The position numbers and the translations under genes were made by a program. From Candidatus Methylomirabilia bacterium (lineage in GTDB: Bacteria; Methylomirabilota; Methylomirabilia; Rokubacteriales; CSP1-6), in the NCBI GenBank assembly GCA_041497895.1, contig JBGQHJ010000002.1, positions 21,112-85,111 of the forward strand: a DNA stretch of 64,000 bases, in the 5' to 3' direction. Positions 29,522 to 37,270 of the stretch are shown here, piece by piece (the stretch's first letter is position 1; every line of letters begins with the position of its first letter). The notes beneath the pieces are model-generated. The model had not been told where the DNA came from, did no database searches, and saw only the letters and a list, made by a program, of their open reading frames with translations.

Positions 29522-29550
29522 TTGACTAGCCCCGTGCGCCTCCGTAGCCT
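29522..29550 (+). promoter_or_regulatory. sigma70-type promoter for the flavoprotein remnant-LLM-FMN reductase unit
   Basis: TTGACT(29522-29527)-N17-TAGCCT(29545-29550). Confidence 0.55.
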
Positions 29551-29559
29551 TGTCGCACC

Positions 29560-29895
29560 ATGGAGGAGCGGCACGAGACGGTGATCGTGGGCGGTGGCCA
29601 CGCGAGGCTCGCGATGAGCCACCAGCTGAGCCGGCGCGGGCGCGCACACGTCGTGCTCGAGCGCGGGCGGGTGGCCGAGCGGTGGCGGAGCGAGCGCTGG
29701 GACTCGCTCCACTTCCAGTTCTCCAACTGGAGCCTCACCCTGCCCGGCCCGCCCTACGACGGCCCGCACCCGGACGGTTTCTCCTCCCGCGCCGACGGCG
29801 ACCATCTGGCGGAGCACATCGCGTCGCGGGCGGACGCCCCGGCGCTCGGCCCAACGCTCAGCCCAACGCTCAGCCCAACGCTCAGGAGGACATGA
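29560..29895 (+). pseudogene. Internally deleted FAD-dependent monooxygenase/oxidoreductase
   Basis: N-terminal VIVGGGHAR (degenerate GxGxxG), VLERGRVAERWRSERWDS...PDGF joined directly to a C-terminal-like LAEHIASR; only 111 aa. Confidence 0.65.
29849..29884. repeat. 12-bp tandem repeat x3 (GCCCAACGCTCA)
   Basis: Three exact copies immediately before SD GGAGGA of the LLM gene. Confidence 0.9.
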
Positions 29896-30989
29896 TGACG
29901 GTCGAGCTCATCGGCATGATCGGCGTGAGGCCCGAAGGGGCGGACGGCGCCGCGGTGCACGTGATCGGCGGTGCGATCGACCTCGGCTGGGTCCGCGACT
30001 TCTCGCGCGCCCACGAGGTGGCCGGCTTCGACAAGGTGCTGGTCGGTTACACCGCGACCTCGGCGGACGGCTTCCTCGTCTCGAGCTACGCGGCCTCGCA
30101 CACCGAGCGGCTCGGCTACCTGATCGCGCACCGCCCCGGCTTCGTCGCGCCCACGCTCGCCGCGCGCAAGGCGGCCACCCTCGACCAGCTCTCGAACGGC
30201 CGCGTCTCCCTGCACATCATCACCGGAGGCAGCGATGCCGACCAGGCGCGCGACGGCGATTACGCCGATCACGACACGCGCTACCGGCGGACCGACGAGT
30301 ACCTCGGGCTCATGCGCCGGATGTGGACCGAGGAGCGGCTGTTCGATCACGAAGGGGAGTTCTACCGGGTGACGAAGGCCGGCTCGGACGTCAAGCCGGT
30401 CCAGAAGCCGCACATCCCGCTCTACTTCGGCGGTGCCTCCGAGGCCGCGCACCGGATCGGGGCGCGACACTGCGACGTCTACATGCTCTGGGGCGAGCCG
30501 CTCGCCGCGATGCGCGACCGGATCGCGGAGGTGCGCGCCGCCGCCGCGCGCGTCGGACGGGACCCGCGCGAGCTGCGGTTCAGCGTCTCGCTGCGGCCGA
30601 TCATCGCCCCCACGGAGGCCGCCGCCTGGGCCAAGGCGCGCGGGATCCTCGAGCGCGTCCAGGCCAAGCAGGGTGACCGCACGCTGCCGCTGCCGGAGGC
30701 GGTGGGCGCCCGGCGCCTGGTGGACTTCGCCCAGCAGGCCGAGGTGCACGACAAGCGGCTGTGGACGCCGATCGCGGCCGCGGTCGGCGGCGCCGGTAAC
30801 ACCACCGCGCTGGTGGGCACGCCGGAGCAGGTGGCCGAGTCGCTCCTCGACTACTACGACCTGGGCGTCTCCACCCTGCTGATCCGCGGGTTCGATCCGC
30901 TCGCCGACGCGGCCGAGTACGGTCGCGAGCTGATCCCGCTCGTTCGCGCCGGGGCGGCCCGGCGCGATCGGGACCGGCCGGCGGCCTGA
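29892..30989 (+). CDS. LLM-class flavin-dependent monooxygenase (SsuD/MsuD-like)
   Basis: IAHRPGFVAPTLAARKAATLDQLS.GR, RYRRTDEY, YFGGAS, LWGEP, GNTTALVGTPEQVA. Confidence 0.9.
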   Translation: MMTVELIGMIGVRPEGADGAAVHVIGGAIDLGWVRDFSRAHEVAGFDKVLVGYTATSADGFLVSSYAASHTERLGYLIAHRPGFVAPTLAARKAATLDQLSNGRVSLHIITGGSDADQARDGDYADHDTRYRRTDEYLGLMRRMWTEERLFDHEGEFYRVTKAGSDVKPVQKPHIPLYFGGASEAAHRIGARHCDVYMLWGEPLAAMRDRIAEVRAAAARVGRDPRELRFSVSLRPIIAPTEAAAWAKARGILERVQAKQGDRTLPLPEAVGARRLVDFAQQAEVHDKRLWTPIAAAVGGAGNTTALVGTPEQVAESLLDYYDLGVSTLLIRGFDPLADAAEYGRELIPLVRAGAARRDRDRPAA

Positions 30990-30993
30990 GCCG

Positions 30994-31563
30994 ATGCCCC
31001 GCCTGCTCGCGGTGGTCGGGGCGGTGACCCCGCCGGGAAGGCTCGACGCGGCGGTGCGCTTCGCGGCCGACTGCGCGGGCGCGCTGCCCGATGTCTCGGC
31101 CACCGTGCTGAGCCTGGGAGCCCACCGCATCTCCTTCGCCGACGGGCGCCCGCTCGAGGGCTACGCCGACGACACCGCGCGGATCGTGAGCGCGGTCGCG
31201 GCGGCGGACGCGGTGCTGCTCGCGAGCCCGGTCTACCGCGCGTCGTTCACCGGCGCGCTGAAGAATCTGCTCGACCTCACCCCGCTGCCCGCGCTCCGCG
31301 GCAAGCCGGTGGGGATCGTGGCCATGGGAGCGACCTCGCACCACTACCTGGGAGTGGACTGGCAGCTGCGGGCCGTGCTCGCCTGGTTCGGGGCGCTGGT
31401 GGTGCCCACCAGCGTCTATCTGGAGTCCGGGCACTTCCAGGACGGGCGGCTCGCCGATGCCGGCGCGGCCGCCGCGCTGACCGACCTGGTTCGGGCCCTC
31501 GTCGCGATGACGGGCCACGCCCGGGAGCAGGCGGGGCCGCCGCCATTGGCGGCCGGGCGCTAG
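30994..31563 (+). CDS. NADPH-dependent FMN reductase (SsuE/MsuE-like)
   Basis: ASPVYRASFTGALKNLLD, GKPV, HYL; follows the LLM gene. Confidence 0.88.
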   Translation: MPRLLAVVGAVTPPGRLDAAVRFAADCAGALPDVSATVLSLGAHRISFADGRPLEGYADDTARIVSAVAAADAVLLASPVYRASFTGALKNLLDLTPLPALRGKPVGIVAMGATSHHYLGVDWQLRAVLAWFGALVVPTSVYLESGHFQDGRLADAGAAAALTDLVRALVAMTGHAREQAGPPPLAAGR

Positions 31564-31581
31564 CCGGCCGCGCGGCCGGCT
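31562..31581. terminator. GC-rich palindrome between convergent genes (possible bidirectional terminator)
   Basis: AGCCGGCCGCGCGGCCGGCT perfect palindrome; no U-tract. Confidence 0.35.
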
Positions 31582-31591
31582 GAGACAGGGG

Positions 31592-32146
31592 TTAGCGCGG
31601 GGGTGCGGTGACGAAGGCGCGCAGCATGTCCCGCGCGGCCGGACCGCTCCAGTCCTTGGCCCCGACGATGCGGCCGACGAGCCGGCCCTCGCGATCCACG
31701 AGGTACGCGGTGGGCGGACCCCACACCCCGTACTGGCGCCCGGTGACGTCGCCGCTGGCGTCCAGAAGCACGGTCGCCACGTAGCCGCGCTCGCTGACGG
31801 TGCGCTTCACCAGGTCGGCGCTCTCACGGAAACTGATCAGCACGACCGCGAGCCCCTGCTCCTTCATCTCCTGGTATAGCCGATTGACGGAAGGTAACTC
31901 CTCCCGGCAATCCGGTCACCAGGTGGCCCAGAAGAAGACCAGGAGCGCCTTGCCCCGGTAATCCTCCAGCCGCACGGTGCGGCCGTCGAGCGCGGGCAGC
32001 GCGAAGGCGGGGGCGGGCTTGGGCGACTCGTAGACCTGCACTCCCATCTTCTCCCAGGCCGCCGGCGCGGCGGCGGGCTGCGCCGCCGCGACCGTGGCCC
32101 AGAGCGCCGCCGCGATCGTGCTGCCCGCGGCGATTCGCGCGATCAT
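31592..32146 (-). CDS. Secreted TlpA/ResA-like thioredoxin-fold protein, probable selenoprotein (UxxC)
   Basis: ORFs 31916-32146 and 31592-31867 are one frame: ...FFWATW-TGA(31916-31918)-PDCREELPSVNRLY...WGPPTAYLVDREG; TGA replaces the first Cys of CxxC; signal peptide. Confidence 0.85.
31880..31915 (-). promoter_or_regulatory. SECIS-like hairpin directly 3' of the UGA
   Basis: CCG-GATTG-C-CGGGAGG-[AGTTA]-CCTTCCG-T-CAATC-GG; uses codons rare in this window (TTA, CCT, AAT). Confidence 0.65.
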
Positions 32147-32691
32147 CAGACGCCGGACTCCTTCAGCGCCTTGAGCACCTCCGCGGGATCCAGCAGGTCG
32201 AGCGGGTTGGCCTCGACCTTGATCCAGCGGACGACGCCGTTCTTGTCGATCACGTAGTACGCGCGCTTGGCGTAGCGGTAGATCGGGCTCTTGTCGTCGG
32301 TGACCAGCGCGTCATAGGCCGGAAGCATCGATCGGCGGAAATCGGAGAGGAGGAGGTAGTGGATGCTGTTCTGCTTGCCCCAGGCTTCCAGTGTTGCGAT
32401 ATGGTCGGCACTCACGCCCACGACCTGGGCGCCCGCAGCCTCGAACTGGGGCATGGCCCCCTCGAAGCTGAGCAGTTCCTTGGTTCAGGTGCCGGTGAAC
32501 GCCTGGATGAAGGTGAAGATCACGACGGGGCCCTTGGCGGTCAGGTCGGACAGCTTGACCTGCTTGCCGCCGGGAGCCGCCAGGGTGAAGTCGGGCGCTT
32601 TCTGGCCGACTTCCAGGGCGGCGACCGGGGAGGCCAGGGCCAGACTGGTCAGCAGCAGCGCTGTGACCAGCGGCAGGGTAACTCGGCGCAT
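32146..32691 (-). CDS. Secreted peroxiredoxin-like (AhpC/TSA) protein, probable selenoprotein
   Basis: MRRVTLPLV...LEVGQKAPDFTL...FIQAFTGT-TGA(32485-32487)-TKELLSF..., in frame with ORF 32146-32454; TGA sits at the peroxidatic Cys (TxxC) position. Confidence 0.82.
32443..32478 (-). promoter_or_regulatory. SECIS-like hairpin 6 nt after the UGA
   Basis: GAACTG...CAGTTC basal stem with an internal GCTTC/GGGGC stem. Confidence 0.45.
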
Positions 32692-32778
32692 GGCAATCTC
32701 CTTTCCGGAGTGTGGGGTGACGCTGTCAGAACCCCCGGCAGGCTCCCGAAGTTTCCGGGCCGCGCGCATAATGCGCCC

Positions 32779-33618
32779 ATGCGCACCGTGCCGGGGCCCG
32801 AGGCCTTCGCCGCCGCCGGGGTCGCCTGGAGAATACACCGGGAGCGGGTGCTTCTCGCCGGATGGGGTCGGGCCATCCTGCTCCAGCTCGCCCACCCTCT
32901 GGTCGCGCGGGGCGTGGCCGAGCACAGCGTCTTCACCACCGAGCCCTGGGGCTGGGCGCGGCGTCTCCACCGCACGCTCGGGGCCATGCTCGCGCTGACC
33001 TTCGGGCCCGACGAGGCCGCGGCGGCGGCGGCCGCCCGGATCAACGCGATCCACGATCGCGTCCACGGCCGCCTCGACCGGGCCGCGGGCGGCGAGCCCG
33101 CCGGCGCCCCGTACAGCGCCCACGATCCGGAGCTGCTCGCGTGGGTGCACGCCACGCTGCTGGACTCCTTCCTGGGGGCCTACCGGCTCTTCGTCGGGCC
33201 GCTCGCCATCGCCGACGCGGACCACTACTGCGCCGAGGCGAGCGCGATCGAGGCCCGACTGCGCATCCCGGCCGGCCGCCTCCCGCGCACGGAGGCCGCG
33301 CTGCGCGACTACGTGGAGGCCATGCTGGCCGGCGACACCCTCGAGGTGACCGACACCGCGCGCGCGCTCGCGCGCGAGGTGCTCGCGCCCCCGGTTCCGT
33401 ATCTGCTGCGGCCGGCCCTGCGGCTCGCCGCGCTGCCCGCGGTCGGGCTGTTGCCCCCGGCCATCCGGGCCGGCTACGGCCTGCCGTGGGACGCCCGCCA
33501 CGCGCGGGCGCTGGCGGTCGTGGCCGCGGTCAGCCGCCGGGGCCTGCCCCTCGTGCCCCCGTCGCTCCGCTTCTGGGCGGCGGCGCGCCGCGCGATCCGC
33601 CCGCGGTGCCCTCGATGA
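32779..33618 (+). CDS. DUF2236 / MpaB-like oxygenase family protein
   Basis: [46 protein letters not shown]. Confidence 0.85.
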   Translation: MRTVPGPEAFAAAGVAWRIHRERVLLAGWGRAILLQLAHPLVARGVAEHSVFTTEPWGWARRLHRTLGAMLALTFGPDEAAAAAAARINAIHDRVHGRLDRAAGGEPAGAPYSAHDPELLAWVHATLLDSFLGAYRLFVGPLAIADADHYCAEASAIEARLRIPAGRLPRTEAALRDYVEAMLAGDTLEVTDTARALAREVLAPPVPYLLRPALRLAALPAVGLLPPAIRAGYGLPWDARHARALAVVAAVSRRGLPLVPPSLRFWAAARRAIRPRCPR

Positions 33619-34073
33619 GCGTCGCGATCACGCTGGTGATCGAGTCGCCCCGCCAGCCCGAGGTGGCGCGGCTGCTCGAGGCCCTCGACGCCTACCAGAG
33701 CGCGCTCTACCCGCCCGAGAGCAACCACTTCCTCGACGTGGAGGCGCTGGCCGCGCCGAACGTGCGCTTCATCGTCGCCCGTCGCGGGGCGGTGGCGGTC
33801 GGCTGCGGCGCGCTGCGGATCGACGTGGGCTATGGCGAGCTGAAGCGGATGTACGTGGTGCCGGAGGCGCGCGGCCATCGGCTCGGGCGACTCATCCTGG
33901 ACCGCATCGAAGCGGAGGCGCGCCGGGAGGGCCTGCGCTGTCTGCGCCTCGAGACCGGCATCCGCCAGCCGGAGGCGCTCGCGGTCTACCGGGCGGCGGG
34001 CTACGCGGAGCGGGAGGCCTTCGGGGAGTACGCGCCGGACCCGCTCAGCGTCTTCATGGAGAAGATCCTCTGA
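33615..34073 (+). CDS. GNAT family acetyltransferase
   Basis: YPPESNH, GELKRMYV.PEARG, LRLETGIRQPEA, DPLSVFMEK. Confidence 0.9.
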   Translation: MSVAITLVIESPRQPEVARLLEALDAYQSALYPPESNHFLDVEALAAPNVRFIVARRGAVAVGCGALRIDVGYGELKRMYVVPEARGHRLGRLILDRIEAEARREGLRCLRLETGIRQPEALAVYRAAGYAEREAFGEYAPDPLSVFMEKIL

Positions 34074-34434
34074 CGGCCCCACCACATGCCGAGCACCGCG
34101 GCGGTGCCGCCGAGCCCCACCGCGCCCATCACGGCACCGCGGCGCAACGTCTCCCAGCCGCGGCCGACCTTGACCATGACGTGGGCCGGGATGGCATCGA
34201 TGTCGGCGCGCACCCGCCACTTGGCGAACGCCAGCGGATCCGCGGGATGCCAGTACGCGCCCTCGTCGTCGACGACGCAGAGGTGCAGGTCGCACGTCTC
34301 GGGAGCGGCGCAGCGCTCGGCTTTCCAGCCGATGCCGCGGCCGCGCATTCCCAGGCCCTGAAGGGTCACGCGAGCAGCCATATCGCACCCAGTCCCACCA
34401 GCACTGCCGTCCTGATCAATCCTGCCAGGCCCAT
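34001..34434 (-). pseudogene. Hypothetical membrane protein with an apparent single-base frameshift
   Basis: SD GGGAGG, ATG 34434 gives MGLAGLIRTAVLVGLGAIWLLA then TGA; adding one base near 34369 continues as VTLQGLGMRGRG... into the GC3-rich frame of ORF 34001-34444. Confidence 0.5.
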
Positions 34435-34532
34435 GGTCACGCACCTCCCGTCCTCGTGTCGGATCGCCGCGCTACTCTCTATATCGGTCGAGATCCAACC
34501 GGGCTTGAAGCTCTCTCCTGCTCATGTGACGC

Positions 34533-34660
34533 GTCCAGCACGCTCGGCGTTTCGCGACATCTGCGTAACGCTGGACCCGAGAGCGGAGGCGGGCTCACCC
34601 CTCGCGCAGAACCGGTGTGTGGCGAGGGGTCCGTGGTTCAACCCGCGCTCCGCCTCGGGC
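34533..34660 (-). ncRNA. Candidate structured 5' leader or sRNA (two adjacent long hairpins)
   Basis: CCCGAG-A-GCGGAG-GCGGG / CCCGC-G-CTCCGC-CTCGGG with inner ACCCCTCGC/GCGAGGGGT (34576-34659); GTCCAGC/GCTGGAC (34533-34576). Confidence 0.4.
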
Positions 34661-34673
34661 AATCCAGAATCAG

Positions 34674-34689
34674 AGCAAGAGACGGGCCA
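34674..34689 (-). promoter_or_regulatory. sigma54 (-24/-12) promoter
   Basis: Minus strand TGGCCCGTCTCTTGCT; GG-N10-GC spacing exact, one mismatch to TGGCAC-N5-TTGCW. Confidence 0.6.
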
Positions 34690-34833
34690 CGAGGGAAACA
34701 AGGTAAATCTCCGGGTCCGGTACGGGTTCGCTGCTCTGCGTTAGGAAAGGCGGTTGCAGTACTGTGGAACGAATTTCCCTGAGGTGGCCAGCGCCGTGGC
34801 GACGACCCTCCCAATCGGTGTTAGAGTACGCGC

Positions 34834-35472
34834 ATGCGCGGGGCGCTGATCACCGTCGAGGGCGTGGAAGGCTCCGGTAAATCCACCCAGTGCGCGCGAT
34901 TGGCGCAGTACCTGACGAGCCGCGGCATCGAGGTGGTCCAGACCAGCGAGCCCGACGGCACCCCCCTTGGGCTCCGGATCCGGGCCCTGTTCGAGACCGA
35001 CGGGCCGACCCCGACCCCCCTCACCCAGACCTTCCTCTTCATGGCAGCCCGGCAGGAGCACGTCACCCGGGTGATCGCACCAGCCTTGACGCGAGGCGCC
35101 GTGGTCATCTCCGATCGCTACGCGGATGCGACGGTTGCCTACCAGGGCCACGGGCAGGGGGTGGACGTCCAGACGATCGGCGAGCTGAACATGCTCGCGA
35201 CGGGCGGGGTGCTGCCGGACCTCACCCTCGTGCTCGACCTGGACCCGGTGGCGGGCATGCAGCGCATCCGGGGCCGCGCACTCGACGCCTTCGAGAAGAT
35301 GGACCTGGCCTTCCACCGGCGCGTGCGCGAGGGCTATCTCGAGATCGCCCGCAGCGACAAGAGCCGGGTGACGGTGCTCGACGCGGGCCGCGACCCGGAC
35401 GTCTTGCACGCCGAGGTGACCCGCGCGGTGGACGAGTGCCTGGCGCGGCGGGGAGGCGGCCGTGGCGCTTGA
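34834..35472 (+). CDS. tmk: Thymidylate kinase
   Basis: EGVEGSGKSTQ, SDRYADATVAYQG, PDLTLVLD. Confidence 0.95.
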   Translation: MRGALITVEGVEGSGKSTQCARLAQYLTSRGIEVVQTSEPDGTPLGLRIRALFETDGPTPTPLTQTFLFMAARQEHVTRVIAPALTRGAVVISDRYADATVAYQGHGQGVDVQTIGELNMLATGGVLPDLTLVLDLDPVAGMQRIRGRALDAFEKMDLAFHRRVREGYLEIARSDKSRVTVLDAGRDPDVLHAEVTRAVDECLARRGGGRGA

Positions 35473-36349
35473 CGGCATCCGCGACCAGCCCGAGGCGGTG
35501 ACGCTGCTGCGTCGGGCCCTCGATACCGGGCGCGTGGCCCACGCCTATGCCTTCGTGGGACCCGAGGGCTCGGGCCGGAAGGCGACCGCCCTGGCCTTCG
35601 CCGCCGCGCTGGTGGCGCCGGACGGCGGGCCCGCGGCCGAGCGGGCCGCCCGGGGTCGCCATCCCGACGTGCACCTGCTGGGGCCGACGCCGCCCGCCGG
35701 CAATCCCAAGGGAGCCCAGGCCCTGCGCGTCGAGACGATCCGGGAGCTGGAGCGGCTGGCCGCGCTCAAGCCGATGGAAGCGCGCGTGAAGGTATTCGTC
35801 GTGGACGAGGCGGAGAAGATGACCCTGGCCACGCCCCAGGCCTTCCTCAAGACCCTGGAGGAGCCGCCGGCGCAGACGGTGATCGTGCTGATCCTCACCC
35901 AGCTGCGGGCGCTGCCGCCGACGGTGCTCTCGCGCTGCCAGGTGGTGCGCTTCCGCCCCCGCCTCACCGAGGGCGTGCCGGCGCTCCTGCCCGACGTGCA
36001 GACCGAGGCCCACGCCCAGAGCCTGCGCCAGCTCGCCCTCGCCCGGACGCAGGGTGCGGAGGCCATTGTCAAGCTGGGCGACCAGGTGGGTCGCGACCGG
36101 CAGGCGGCGGAGACCTTCGTCCAGGCGTGCTGGCTGTGGCACCGCGACCTGCTGTGCGCGCTGGCCGGCGGCCCCGCGCGGCTCGCCGTCTTCGGCGAGG
36201 CGGCGATGGCGGCGGGGCGGGAGCGCTCGCTCGACTCGGTGCTGCGCGCGCTGCGCGATTGTCGCGAGGCCTGGCTGGCAATTCAGGGAAACGTCTCCCC
36301 GCGTCTCAGCGTGGAGGTGCTGCTCGGGCGCCTCGTGGAGGTGGCGTGA
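35462..36349 (+). CDS. holB: DNA polymerase III delta' subunit
   Basis: HAYAFVGPEGSGR, HPDV, FLKTLEEPP, TVLSRC; follows tmk. Confidence 0.88.
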   Translation: MALDGIRDQPEAVTLLRRALDTGRVAHAYAFVGPEGSGRKATALAFAAALVAPDGGPAAERAARGRHPDVHLLGPTPPAGNPKGAQALRVETIRELERLAALKPMEARVKVFVVDEAEKMTLATPQAFLKTLEEPPAQTVIVLILTQLRALPPTVLSRCQVVRFRPRLTEGVPALLPDVQTEAHAQSLRQLALARTQGAEAIVKLGDQVGRDRQAAETFVQACWLWHRDLLCALAGGPARLAVFGEAAMAAGRERSLDSVLRALRDCREAWLAIQGNVSPRLSVEVLLGRLVEVA

Positions 36350-36353
36350 GGCC

Positions 36354-37250
36354 ATGAGCGAGCCGACCGAGCCGGCGATCCCCGAGGCGCTCGAGGTCCC
36401 CGTCGACGACACGCCCCGCTACCTGATCGGGGTGCGCCTGCGCGAGCCGCTCCTGACCGAGGACTACCAGACCACCGATCCTGACCTGCACGTCGGCGAC
36501 TTCGTGCTGGTGGAGACCGGCGGGGGATCCGTGCCGGGCGAGGTGCGCCGACCCAAGCGGCCGGTGCCGTCGTTCAAGCTCGACCGCGTGTACCGCCGGG
36601 TCGTGCGCCGGGCGACCGCGCGCGAGGTGGCCGACTGGCGCGAGCGCCGGGGCCTCGAGGTGAAGGGGGTCGAGACCTGCGCGCGCACCGCGCGGGCGCG
36701 CGGCCTCGCCATGAAGATCGTGGACGTGGAGATGGACGCCTCCCGCCGCCGCGTCACCGTGTTCTTCAACTCCGAGGAGCGCGTGGACTTCCGCGACCTG
36801 GTCCGCGACCTGGCCCGCGAGTTCCACGCTCGCATCGAGATGCGGCAGATCGGGGCCCGCGACACCACCAAGCTGCTCGACGGCATCGGCCCGTGTGGCC
36901 GGCAGCTCTGCTGCTCGTCGCACCTGCGCAAGTTCGACCCGATCTCGGTGAAGATGGCCAAGGCGCAGGACATGCCGCTCACCGACAGCCGGCTCCTCGG
37001 CAACTGCGGGCGGCTCAAGTGCTGCCTGCTCTACGAGTTCTCGACCTACGAGGCGCTGCGCTCGCGGCTGCCGCGGGTGAACACCCCCTGCTCGGCCTCC
37101 TGCGGGGGCGGTGGCTGCATGACCGGCAAGGTCCGTTCGCTGCGGGTGCTCAAGCAGTCGGTGGTGGTCGGCTTCCCCGACGGCACCGAGGCGGAGGTGC
37201 CGCTCGACCAGCTCACCTGGGAGGGGCGCGACCACATCAAGCCGGCCTGA
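36354..37250 (+). CDS. ricT: PSP1/YaaT/RicT family Fe-S regulatory protein
   Basis: RVDFRDLVRDLA, RIEMRQIGARD, GPCGRQLCC, GNCGRLKCCLLYE. Confidence 0.88.
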   Translation: MSEPTEPAIPEALEVPVDDTPRYLIGVRLREPLLTEDYQTTDPDLHVGDFVLVETGGGSVPGEVRRPKRPVPSFKLDRVYRRVVRRATAREVADWRERRGLEVKGVETCARTARARGLAMKIVDVEMDASRRRVTVFFNSEERVDFRDLVRDLAREFHARIEMRQIGARDTTKLLDGIGPCGRQLCCSSHLRKFDPISVKMAKAQDMPLTDSRLLGNCGRLKCCLLYEFSTYEALRSRLPRVNTPCSASCGGGGCMTGKVRSLRVLKQSVVVGFPDGTEAEVPLDQLTWEGRDHIKPA

Positions 37251-37270
37251 CGGGCCGGCCCACCCGACCC

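Noticed and set aside
29849..29884. CRISPR-like repeats
   Set aside because: 12-bp head-to-tail repeats with no spacers and no cas genes
34366..34368. Third selenocysteine TGA
   Set aside because: No redox motif, and the read-through frame is not coding-like; a frameshift explains it better
34510..34682. 6S RNA
   Set aside because: Ends can pair (TCTCCTGCTC/GAGCAAGAGA), but the fold looks branched, the usual zapA/ygfA context is absent and the right arm coincides with the sigma54 motif; not excluded without an Rfam scan
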